Part shown: positions 9,453 to 18,026 of the stretch, in pieces
Layout of the letters: each line of letters starts with the position of its first letter
Position numbering within the stretch: position 1 is the first letter of the stretch
Origin: Vicinamibacteria bacterium
GTDB lineage: Bacteria > Acidobacteriota > Vicinamibacteria > Marinacidobacterales > Marinacidobacteraceae
Length of the DNA stretch: 64,000 bases
Direction: 5' to 3'
NCBI GenBank assembly: GCA_963668695.2
Contig: CAXXLQ010000004.1
Coordinates: forward strand, 736,001 to 800,000
Program-made: the position numbers and the translations under genes
The notes under the pieces: generated by a model
What the model was told of the DNA's origin: nothing
What the model saw: the letters and a program-made list of their open reading frames with translations, nothing else
Databases searched by the model: none

Positions 9453-9481
9453 TTGACATGTAGAATGTATGTTTTCATACT
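9453..9481 (+). promoter_or_regulatory. Sigma70 promoter of second vapBC (leaderless) with overlapping operator-like IR
   Basis: TTGACA-17bp-CATACT, ATG 6 bp downstream with no SD; IR GTATG-TTTT-CATAC. Confidence 0.75.
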
Positions 9482-9487
9482 AAACGC

Positions 9488-9727
9488 ATGAATACGATGA
9501 TCCAGGTCCGGAACGTCCCCGAGGCTCTGCAGCGCCGGCTGAAGGCGCGGGCCGCCATGGAGGGGGTCTCCATGTCCGCCTATCTCCGTCGACTGCTCGA
9601 GCGCGCGCTCGAGCGGCCGAGCCGGCAGGAAGTGCTGGACGCGCTGCGCGCCCTGCCCGCGATCGAGCCGGACATCTCGGCGGCGGAAATCCTCCGGGAG
9701 GCGCGCGAATCTCGCTTTGGTGATTGA
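9488..9727 (+). CDS. vapB: FitA/VapB-like ribbon-helix-helix antitoxin
   Basis: MIQVRNVPEALQRRLKARAA.EG.SMS.YL; overlaps PIN toxin gene. Confidence 0.9.
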   Translation: MNTMIQVRNVPEALQRRLKARAAMEGVSMSAYLRRLLERALERPSRQEVLDALRALPAIEPDISAAEILREARESRFGD

Positions 9728-10103
9728 CGCCTCCGCCGCCATCGAAATCCTCTTGAAGAGCCCGGCGGGCGAGCGCTTGCTCGACCGACTCGAGGACGGT
9801 GCGGCGGTGCACGCGCCGCACCTGATTGACGTCGAGATCACCCATGTCCTGCGACGACACGTTCTGCGCAACACGCTTGGCGCGGGGCAGGCGGCGGCGT
9901 TCCTCACCCTCTGGCGGCAACTCGACATCGAACGCCACCCCCACGAGTACCTGCTGGAGCGGATCTGGGGCTGGCGCGCCAACCTCACGGCTTACGACGC
10001 CACCTATGTCGCGCTCGCGGAGGTCTTGGGGCAGCCACTCGTCACCGCCGATCGGCGGCTGGCAACCGCCCCCGGAATCACAATTCCCGTCGAGCTGCTC
10101 TGA
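9720..10103 (+). CDS. vapC: VapC PIN-domain toxin
   Basis: VIDASAAIE, HAPHLIDVE, NLTAYDATYVALAE, LVTADRRL; start TTG 9717 or GTG 9720. Confidence 0.95.
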   Translation: MIDASAAIEILLKSPAGERLLDRLEDGAAVHAPHLIDVEITHVLRRHVLRNTLGAGQAAAFLTLWRQLDIERHPHEYLLERIWGWRANLTAYDATYVALAEVLGQPLVTADRRLATAPGITIPVELL

Positions 10104-12791
10104 TCAGAAGCTCGGGCCGAAGAGGACGGCGTTCATGAAGAGCCGGGTGAGACCGTCCCAGAAGAGCCTGAAGTTGGGATCGTCGAGAAAGAGCACGGCG
10201 CGGCCGGCGCCGACCCGCTCGGTGACCAAATAGGGGGTGCCGGCGAGGCGGGCGAGCGAGTCCGGAAAGGCGAAGCCGCTGCCGAGGAGCTCGTCCGGAT
10301 CCTCCGGGAATCGGGCGGCCACACCGACGGCAGGATCCGGCTCGAAGGCGAGGCTCGACCACACCATCACCGGGAACCCCTCCTCGTAGCCGAAGCTGAG
10401 AAAACTCTCCGGATTCGGAAGCGCGCGGAGGATGGCGCCCGGGATGACTTCGGCGGGCTGCTCTTCCTGGGCATCGGGCGGCGGGTCGTCCGGGCGTCCG
10501 CCGTCGGTCATGAACGCCGACTTCGAGGCGAACCCCGACTTGAGCCGGGTCCGGATCCACGAAACGCCGTCTCCGGCGAGCCACGCCGAGGCGCCGCGCA
10601 TGGCGATGAGGACGCCGCCCCGCGATGTCCAGTCCTCCAGACGGTCGAGGATTCGCGCCGCCGCTGGATCGTCTCCGGGACTGGGGTAACCCCCGTCCGG
10701 GAGGATGAGGACCCGGTAGCCCCGAAGGTCCGTGACACCGAGCCGTTCCCAGGAGAGGGCGGTGAACGGCAACCCGAAGCGGCGCTCGAAGAGGTACCAC
10801 GGGCTTCCGTAGGCGGAAGGACGGACCGGACCGCTCATCACCATCGCGATCCGGCCCGGCACCACCGGAACGAACTGGTCCGATCCCAGGTGAGGGCCCG
10901 AGGTGGTCAGGGGATTCTCCACCCCGAGGACCCGGGCTCCGGTCGCGGCCAGGTCGTCCAGGCCGGAACGGAGCGCTGCCGGATCCGGTGCTTCCGCGGC
11001 GAAGACCAGCAAAGCCCCGCGGCCGTAATTCTCCCCGCCGGTCTCGAAGGCGCCGGTGCTCACCCGGAACGGAATGCCGGCGGTCAGGAACCGGGCCGCC
11101 GCCCGGGCGGCGTGATCGGAATCCCCCGCAACGACAAATGCGTAGCCGGCAGCCGGATTCCGGAACTCGCCCGGGGTCGGGGACGGATCCCGAAGCGGAT
11201 CCGCGAGCGCGGCCGGCGCCGAGTCTTCCATCGGTGGCAGTCCTCCCGCCTCGGCGACCGTCCACGCGGTGAGGCCGTAGCTGAGCGGGACCGACCAGGC
11301 GGTGATGTCATAGAAGGCGTCGGCGCTGGTCCAGATGTCCGGGTGCCCGAATCCGGGATCAGCGCGGCGCTCGCGATGCTCGTCCACATAGTCGAGGAAT
11401 TCCTCGCTGAACCTCGCGTCCTGCTCGAGCAGGACCTGAAGCAGCCGACTCTCCGGTTGGGCGCCCGGCACCACCAGGCTCCCGGGAGGAACGCTGACTT
11501 CGGCGGCAGGCCCGCTCCGCGGAAACATCGGCAGGGCGGCGCGGACGGTCGTCTCCCGGGAGGTCCGCCGCACTTCAATGCCGCCCCGAAGCAGCACGCC
11601 AAGGACCGCATCGAGCCGCGCGGGGTCGGATGAACCCGAGATCACCCAGCCGCCGGGACGCGCGTCTGCCTCCAGCGCTTCGCGCCGGTAGCTGAGGAAG
11701 TCGCGCAACCGGCGTTCCCGGTTCATCGCGGTGACCGCCAACAGGCTGCGATCCGCGATCAGATGCTGCTCGATGCCGTCCTTCAGGGTGTACTCCCCGC
11801 CGCCCGCCCGGGCGAGTCGCAGCCCGCGCCAGCCGCCCCCGGTGGTCTCGAGGGTGAACCCGATGGAACCGGTGAAGTTGGGCAGGGTGTCCCAGTAGCC
11901 GGGATCGAACTGGCCGAACTCCCAGGGCGTGTAGGGAAAACCCGCGGTGGCAAAGTCAGAGGCCATCGCCCGGCCGTATTCCACCAGCCAGTCGCGCTGG
12001 TTGCCGGTGAGCACACTGTGGAGCGGCTCGGCCATCCAGGGGCCGACGAAGGAATCGGTTTCGCCGTGGTGGTCCACGAAAACCATCGGGCGCGTGTCGA
12101 GGTAGAGCCGGACCAGGGCGCGGTTTTCGGGCTGGGTACTCCAGACCGAGTCCCGGTTCAGGTTGATCTGGTAGTGGTTGTTGTTCGTGGAGAGGCCCCA
12201 GGGGGCGCGGTGCTCGACGGCGTTCGGGTCGGGATCGCCGTCCGGCCAGCTCGCGGTCGCTTTGAACCAGGCGGCGAAGCGCTCGTGGCTGTCCGGGTTT
12301 GACGCCGGAACGATGTACACGACCACGTCTTCCAGGAGTTCGTCGTGGCGGCCGGAGACAAGCTCCCAGGCCATCCAGAGCGCGGCCTCGAAGGCGGCGG
12401 ACTCGTTGCCGTCGTTCCCGTAGTTCAGGAAGACCCCGGCGGGAGTCCCGGCGAGGATTGCCTCGGCCTCGTCAGCGGGTAGCCCTCGCGGGTCCGCGAG
12501 CCGTCTCGTGCCGCCGTGGATCTCGTCGAGCCGGGCGAGATTGGCTGGCGAACTGATGGTGAGGAGGATCAGCTCCCGATGCTCGAAAGTCTCGCCGAAG
12601 ACGGAGACGTGCAGACGTGAGGAACCCTCGATGGCATCGAGATAACGGTAGAGCCCACCGTAGTCGGTGACCGAACCGCCCATCGGATAGCCGAGAACCT
12701 CTTCGGGTGAGGGAACCTGGGCGAGCCCTGGCGGAGCGGCGGCGAGGAGGCCGACCAGACCCAGAGCGTGCAAGGGGAGACGAGAACGCAC
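10104..12791 (-). CDS. Secreted M14-family zinc carboxypeptidase-like protein with C-terminal class I glutamine-amidotransferase-like domain
   Basis: Signal peptide from GTG 12791; PSPEEVLGY, G.T.E.R.L, GNE, NPD..ER, NLNRD, DHH, FYDITAWS.PL, DDPNFR.FW. Confidence 0.85.
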   Translation of the reverse strand: MRSRLPLHALGLVGLLAAAPPGLAQVPSPEEVLGYPMGGSVTDYGGLYRYLDAIEGSSRLHVSVFGETFEHRELILLTISSPANLARLDEIHGGTRRLADPRGLPADEAEAILAGTPAGVFLNYGNDGNESAAFEAALWMAWELVSGRHDELLEDVVVYIVPASNPDSHERFAAWFKATASWPDGDPDPNAVEHRAPWGLSTNNNHYQINLNRDSVWSTQPENRALVRLYLDTRPMVFVDHHGETDSFVGPWMAEPLHSVLTGNQRDWLVEYGRAMASDFATAGFPYTPWEFGQFDPGYWDTLPNFTGSIGFTLETTGGGWRGLRLARAGGGEYTLKDGIEQHLIADRSLLAVTAMNRERRLRDFLSYRREALEADARPGGWVISGSSDPARLDAVLGVLLRGGIEVRRTSRETTVRAALPMFPRSGPAAEVSVPPGSLVVPGAQPESRLLQVLLEQDARFSEEFLDYVDEHRERRADPGFGHPDIWTSADAFYDITAWSVPLSYGLTAWTVAEAGGLPPMEDSAPAALADPLRDPSPTPGEFRNPAAGYAFVVAGDSDHAARAAARFLTAGIPFRVSTGAFETGGENYGRGALLVFAAEAPDPAALRSGLDDLAATGARVLGVENPLTTSGPHLGSDQFVPVVPGRIAMVMSGPVRPSAYGSPWYLFERRFGLPFTALSWERLGVTDLRGYRVLILPDGGYPSPGDDPAAARILDRLEDWTSRGGVLIAMRGASAWLAGDGVSWIRTRLKSGFASKSAFMTDGGRPDDPPPDAQEEQPAEVIPGAILRALPNPESFLSFGYEEGFPVMVWSSLAFEPDPAVGVAARFPEDPDELLGSGFAFPDSLARLAGTPYLVTERVGAGRAVLFLDDPNFRLFWDGLTRLFMNAVLFGPSF

Positions 12792-12795
12792 TGAA

Positions 12796-13010
12796 CAGCC
12801 TGTGGACAAAGTGGCGTGAGCGCCGAGAGCGCCAGTTCTCCCGGTGGGGGCGAGGCACCCGGCTGACAAGGCGCGCGAGGGAGGAATACCGAGTGTATTT
12901 CGACCGAAACGCAACGATGAGCGGCGCGAAGCGGCGCGGCCAGTTCTCCCGGTGGGGGCCAGGCGGGATGGATCGCCGCTCGAACGCCGCGTGACTTTGT
13001 CCACAGGCTG
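12796..13010 (-). mobile_element. MITE-like element copy 2 (inverted orientation)
   Basis: IRs CAGCCTGTGGACAAAGT / ACTTTGTCCACAGGCTG; same core on the reverse strand. Confidence 0.85.
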
Positions 13011-13303
13011 TTGACCTCCGAGTGTACGGATCGCCGAGCCGTCCAGCTTGCGAACGGCGGGGATCGGCTGGTCCGCCAGCCCGAGCCAGTCGCCCCCGGT
13101 TTGACGGCGCACCAGCGTCTGGAAAACGTTCCCGGGGAGTCAGGTAGCCGACAACTACGCTGGTTACCGGCGTCCGCGGAAACCGACTATAGTGGCGAAC
13201 CTGCTTTCGCCGGACAACGGTCACATTGTGTGCCTACCGGCGTAGCAGTTTACGCAGTGTCGGCGACGACAGAGGAAACTCGAAACTAACGAGGAGTAGA
13301 GGC

Positions 13304-14668
13304 ATGTCAGAGAGAGTTCGGTTGAACCGCAGGATGTTCCTGAAAGGTGCCGGCGCGGTCGCAGGCGCGGCGGCGGCGGGGACCTCGCTGTGGACCCCCG
13401 CGGCGGCAGCCGCGGCACCGCTGCAGGGCGGATCCGGCGGGTTCGATTTCGACGCGCCGTACGACCGGGTCGGGACCGATTCGGCCAAGTGGGACGGCAT
13501 CATGGAGCGGTACGGCCGCGAGAACATCCAGGTGGCGATGGGCGTTGCCGACATGGACTTCAAGTGCGCCCCGGCCATCACGGAAGCCCTGGCGGAGCGG
13601 GTCAGGCACGAGAACTGGGGCTACCTCAGCATGCCGGACGACTTCTTCCAGTCGATTGTCGACTGGAACCAGAAGCGCTACGGCCTGGAGATCAATCCCG
13701 AGTTGATGGCCCTCTCGGACGGCGTCCACCCGGCGGTGATCGCGGCGCTCAGGGCGTTCGCACGACCCGGCAGCAAGGTGATCCTGACGACGTCGACCTA
13801 CAGCGGCTTCTACACCGATCTGAGGTTGTCCCAGACGATCGCGGAAGAGAGCCCGCTGATCATCGAGAACGGGGTCCACCGGTTGGACTTCGATGACATC
13901 GAATCCCGGATCTCGCAGGACACCGACGCGCTGATCCTTTGCAACCCGCAGAATCCGACCGGAAACTGCTGGTCGCCGGAAGACCTGATGCGCCTGGGCC
14001 AAATCTGTCTGGAGCGCCGCGTGGTCGTTCTGTCCGACGAGATCCACTGCGATTTCGTCACCCAGGGGCAGAAGTACACTCCGTTCCAAAGCCTGCCCGA
14101 CAAGGCGGTGGTGGACAACAGCGTCACGTTCAAGTCGGGGAGCAAGACGTTCAGCCTGGCGGCGATGAAGGTCGCGTGGTTCCACACCACCAATCCGGAG
14201 TACTTCGAGAAGGTCCAGGCTCAGCACCGCGCGCAGACCAACACGCTCGGCGTGGTGGCGCACCATGCCGCCCTGCGGGGCGCCGAGGACTGGCTGGACG
14301 AGTTGCTGGTCTATCTGGACGGCAACCACAACTTCGTCGAGCAGTACGTCCGCGAGAACATCCCGCAGATCAAGTACACCAAGGCGCAGGGCACCTACCT
14401 CGCCTGGCTGGATGTCACCGATCTCGCCGAGCAGATCGGCGCGGCGGAGAAGGCCGTGGCGGCCAGCGCGGAGGAGGAGGCGGAGGAGCCGGTGACGCCG
14501 GAGAACATCGTCGCCCGTTGGCTGGTCGACAACGCCGGCGTGTACACCAACGCCGGGTCGAGCTACGGCCCGGGTGGCGAGAATCACATGCGGATGAACC
14601 TCGGCACGTCACGGCAGATGATCAAGCTGGCGCTCGACAACATCTCGGAGGCGATCAGCGGACTCTAG
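13304..14668 (+). CDS. MalY/PatB family PLP-dependent C-S lyase/aminotransferase with Tat signal
   Basis: RRMFLKG Tat motif; TDSAKWD, MGVADMDF, LCNPQNPTG, SDEIHCDF, SKTFSLA, GTYLAWLD. Confidence 0.9.
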   Translation: MSERVRLNRRMFLKGAGAVAGAAAAGTSLWTPAAAAAAPLQGGSGGFDFDAPYDRVGTDSAKWDGIMERYGRENIQVAMGVADMDFKCAPAITEALAERVRHENWGYLSMPDDFFQSIVDWNQKRYGLEINPELMALSDGVHPAVIAALRAFARPGSKVILTTSTYSGFYTDLRLSQTIAEESPLIIENGVHRLDFDDIESRISQDTDALILCNPQNPTGNCWSPEDLMRLGQICLERRVVVLSDEIHCDFVTQGQKYTPFQSLPDKAVVDNSVTFKSGSKTFSLAAMKVAWFHTTNPEYFEKVQAQHRAQTNTLGVVAHHAALRGAEDWLDELLVYLDGNHNFVEQYVRENIPQIKYTKAQGTYLAWLDVTDLAEQIGAAEKAVAASAEEEAEEPVTPENIVARWLVDNAGVYTNAGSSYGPGGENHMRMNLGTSRQMIKLALDNISEAISGL

Positions 14669-14710
14669 GATCGTGCAAAGTCTTCGCCGGACCGCGAAGG
14701 CCTGACCACG

Positions 14711-14986
14711 ATGCGCCGCCGCGAGTTTGCCGCGCTCGCCGCCGGGGGCGCGGCTGCCGCTCTCTGGCAGCAGGCCTGCTCGGAAGTGAAGGTGACCAGC
14801 GAGGTCTCGATCAGAACCGCCGAAGCTCTGCTGGACCACCAGGGACCGCGGGGGATCTACGAGGATCTCGCCGAGCTGGACCGGTTGCGCCGGGCCATTG
14901 CGAACATGGTGGAAGTCCAGCGGACGCTGAGGGAGTTCCCGCTGGATCCCGACGAACCGCCGCTACTCATCTTCCGGCGGGGCTAA
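14711..14986 (+). CDS. Small Tat/lipoprotein-signal protein upstream of amidase
   Basis: MRRREFAALAAGG...QQAC; ends LREFPLDPDEPPLLIFR; 6 bp before amidase start. Confidence 0.65.
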   Translation: MRRREFAALAAGGAAAALWQQACSEVKVTSEVSIRTAEALLDHQGPRGIYEDLAELDRLRRAIANMVEVQRTLREFPLDPDEPPLLIFRRG

Positions 14987-14992
14987 CAACCC

Positions 14993-16462
14993 ATGGAAGA
15001 AACCTCCCTTTTCCTGACCGTCTCCGAACTGGCGGGGCGCCTCCGGGCACGGGAGTTCACCTCGGTCGAACTCACCCAGGCGTACCTCGACCGCGCGGAG
15101 GAGCTGGACGTACCTCCCTTCGAACTGCCGAGCGAGCCGCGCGAAGACCACCAGGGCAAGCTGGCCACGATGGTGACGATCGCGCGCGAGCGCGCGTTGC
15201 AGGCCGCCGAGCGCGCCGACCGCGAACTGGCCGCGGGCAATCCGCGCAGCATCCTGCACGGGATTCCCTACGGGGTAAAGGACCTGCTCGACACCCGCGG
15301 AATCCGCACCACCTGGGGATCGGGCATCTTCCGGGACCGCGTCCCGGACCGGAACGCCGCGGTGATCGACCGGCTGGAGGAAGCCGGTGCGGTGCTGATG
15401 GCGAAAATGTCGCTCGGCGAATTCGCCGGAGGCAACACCAGCTCGGCCCTCAACCCCTGGAAGCTCGACCGCACCAGTTTCGGTTCGTCGAGCGGGACGG
15501 TGTCGGCGGCGGTCGCGGGCCTGATCGGCTTTGGGATCGGCACGGAGACCGGGGGCTCGATTGTGTTCCCGGCGTCCGCGGTCGGCGCCTCGGGGCTCCG
15601 CCCGACCTTCGGGCGGGTCAGCCGCTTCGGCTGCATGGCGCTCTCCTGGAGCCTCGACAAGATCGGCCCGGTGGGGCGAACCGCGGAGGACTGCGGGCAC
15701 ATCCTGCAACTGATCGCCGGCCCGGACCCCCGGGACACCTCGACCGCGGAGCGGCCCTTCGTCTTCCGGGCCGATCCCGGCTCGATGCGGGGCCGGCGGC
15801 TGGGGGTGCACCGCGCCGAGTTCCTGCTCTCCCAGTCCGAGACCACCCGCAGGGCGTTCCAGGAGGCGCTCGACGCCTTCGCCGCAATGGGAGTGGAGAT
15901 CGAGGACATCGAGCTGCCGCTCTTTCCCACCGGCGCTCTCTTCACGACCATCGTCACCGTCGAAAGCGGAACGAATTTCAAGTCGCTGTTCGATGATGGC
16001 CGCGCCGCAGACATGTTCTCGTTCAACGAGGATCGGCGTGCCGGCTGGATGGCGGGCCGAATGCTGCCCGCCGCCGACTACCTGACCGCCCAGCGGATCC
16101 GCAACCAACTGGTGCGCGAAGCCGACGAAATTCTCTCGCGCTACGACGCGGTGATCGCCCCGACCTGGCCGAACGGGGCAGCGCTTCGGGTCGTGAAGGA
16201 CGGATGGCCGGTCCCAGCGAGGAACGAGTGGGAGCCACCGGACGACGTGAGCGAGCGCACCCCCCGTCTCAACTACATCGCGAACCTGGTGGGCCACCCG
16301 GGCCTCGCCATCCCCTGCGGGTTCGACGAGGACGGACTGCCGCTGTCGCTTCAGATCGTCGGCTCACCCATGGACGATCAGGCGACGCTCGACTTCGGGA
16401 TGGCGTTCCAGCGGGAAACCGACTGGCACCGGCGGCGGCCGCCCTACCCCTGGAGACAGTGA
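14993..16462 (+). CDS. Amidase signature family protein (GatA-like)
   Basis: LHGIPYGVKDL, GSSSG, GTETGGSI..PAS, GLRPTFGRVSR.G, GLPLSLQIVG. Confidence 0.95.
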   Translation: MEETSLFLTVSELAGRLRAREFTSVELTQAYLDRAEELDVPPFELPSEPREDHQGKLATMVTIARERALQAAERADRELAAGNPRSILHGIPYGVKDLLDTRGIRTTWGSGIFRDRVPDRNAAVIDRLEEAGAVLMAKMSLGEFAGGNTSSALNPWKLDRTSFGSSSGTVSAAVAGLIGFGIGTETGGSIVFPASAVGASGLRPTFGRVSRFGCMALSWSLDKIGPVGRTAEDCGHILQLIAGPDPRDTSTAERPFVFRADPGSMRGRRLGVHRAEFLLSQSETTRRAFQEALDAFAAMGVEIEDIELPLFPTGALFTTIVTVESGTNFKSLFDDGRAADMFSFNEDRRAGWMAGRMLPAADYLTAQRIRNQLVREADEILSRYDAVIAPTWPNGAALRVVKDGWPVPARNEWEPPDDVSERTPRLNYIANLVGHPGLAIPCGFDEDGLPLSLQIVGSPMDDQATLDFGMAFQRETDWHRRRPPYPWRQ

Positions 16463-16467
16463 TCGAG

Positions 16468-16664
16468 CAGCCTGTGGCAAAACCCACGCGGCGTTCGACG
16501 GGCGATGCATCCCGCCTGAACCGCCCCGCTCCGCGGGGCTCTGCGTTGCGCTTCGGTCAAAATACACCCGGTATTCCTCCCTCGCGCGCCTTGTCAGCCG
16601 GACCCCGACCGGGAGAACTGGGCCTCGCCGGTCTCGGCGCTCACGTGGGTTTCACCACAGGCTG
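16468..16664 (+). mobile_element. MITE-like element copy 3
   Basis: IRs CAGCCTGTGGCAAAACCCACG / CGTGGGTTTCACCACAGGCTG, followed by CTAG. Confidence 0.85.
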
Positions 16665-16686
16665 CTAGTCCCAGCGGCGAAGCCAG

Positions 16687-18012
16687 ATGACCAGACGCAC
16701 GGATGGGCTCTCGCGACGAGAACTTCTGGCCGGCGCCGGAATGTTCACACTGGCTTGTTCCGCCCGCTCGGCCGGCGAGCCCGAGTACGACCTGCTGTTG
16801 AAGGGCGGGCATTTGATCGACCCCCGGAACGGGCTGAGCACGGTCCGCGACCTCGCCGTGCGCGACGGCAAGGTGGCGGCGGTCGAGGAGGCCATCGACC
16901 CGGGACGGGCCTTCAAGGTCGTAGAGTGTCAGGGCCTCTACGTCACGCCAGGGTTGATCGACTTGCACGTGCACGTGTTCGCGGGCACCAACGAGCGGGA
17001 TTCGTACGCCGGGGACAACAGCCTCTACCCGGACGGCTACACGTTCCGCTCGGGTGTCACGACCGTGGTCGACGCCGGCTGCGCCGGCTGGAGGAACTTC
17101 GAGACCTTCCGGGACACGGTTGTCAGCCGGGCCCGGACCCGCGTTCTCGCGCTGGCCAATATCGTCGGCCATGGCATGCGGGGCGGGGACATCGAGCAGG
17201 ACCTGGCCGATATGCAGGCGGCGCCGACCGCCGCCCTCGCCCGGGAGCATTCCGACATCATTGTCGGAGTGAAGACCGCCCATTACGCGGGACCGGAGTG
17301 GGATCCGGTCGAGGAAGCCGTTCGCGCCGGCGAGGCCGCGGGAATCCCGGTCATGGTGGATTTCGGGTCCAATCTGCCGGAGCGCCCGATCGAGACGCTG
17401 CTGGGCGAGAAACTGCGTCCGGGTGACATCTACACGCATTGCTTCGCAGGCAACCGCCGGGAGCTGCTCGCGGACGGCACGCCCAATCCCGGTCTCTTCG
17501 CCGGACGCGAGCGGGGCGTGTACTTCGACGTGGGCCACGGCGGCGGCAGCTTCAAGTGGAGCGTGGCAGCGAAGTGCCTGGAGGCCGGCTTCCCGCCGGA
17601 CTCGATCTCCACGGATCTGCATATCGGCTCGATGAATGCCGGCATGCAGAGCCAGATCACCACGATGAGCAAGTTCCTGGCTCTCGGCGAATCCCTGGAC
17701 GACGTGATCCGGCAGTCGACCTGGAATCCCGCCCGGCAGATCCACCGCGAGGAACTGGGCCATCTGTCGGTCGGCGCGATCGCCGACATCGCGGTGCTGC
17801 GGAAGGAATCCGGCACGTTCGGCTTCGTGGACAGCTTCGGCGCGCGCCAGGACGGTACCGAGAAGCTGGTTTGCGAGATGGCCTTCAAGGACGGCCTTCT
17901 CGCCTGGGATTTGAACGGCCGGACCCGCCCGGACTGGGGCGAACTCCCGTTCGATTACGGCCCGCAAGGTGAGGCGCGATGGGACGGAATCCTGCATCGA
18001 CGCCGTTCGTGA
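16687..18012 (+). CDS. Dihydroorotase-like amidohydrolase/deacetylase (EF_0837 family) with Tat lipoprotein signal
   Basis: SRRELLAG...LAC; PGLIDLHVH, GVTTVVDAG, LRPGDIYTH, FDVGHGGGSF, DSISTDLH. Confidence 0.9.
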   Translation: MTRRTDGLSRRELLAGAGMFTLACSARSAGEPEYDLLLKGGHLIDPRNGLSTVRDLAVRDGKVAAVEEAIDPGRAFKVVECQGLYVTPGLIDLHVHVFAGTNERDSYAGDNSLYPDGYTFRSGVTTVVDAGCAGWRNFETFRDTVVSRARTRVLALANIVGHGMRGGDIEQDLADMQAAPTAALAREHSDIIVGVKTAHYAGPEWDPVEEAVRAGEAAGIPVMVDFGSNLPERPIETLLGEKLRPGDIYTHCFAGNRRELLADGTPNPGLFAGRERGVYFDVGHGGGSFKWSVAAKCLEAGFPPDSISTDLHIGSMNAGMQSQITTMSKFLALGESLDDVIRQSTWNPARQIHREELGHLSVGAIADIAVLRKESGTFGFVDSFGARQDGTEKLVCEMAFKDGLLAWDLNGRTRPDWGELPFDYGPQGEARWDGILHRRRS

Positions 18013-18026
18013 GCGAGGAGGACATC

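Noticed and set aside
12792-13112. N-terminal extensions of ORFs 10104..13112 and 42396..43493
   Set aside because: They read through MITE sequence; signal peptides define later starts (12791 and 43310).
14993-16462. gatA / gatCAB
   Set aside because: No gatB adjacent and GatA-specific motifs are not evident; called a generic amidase.
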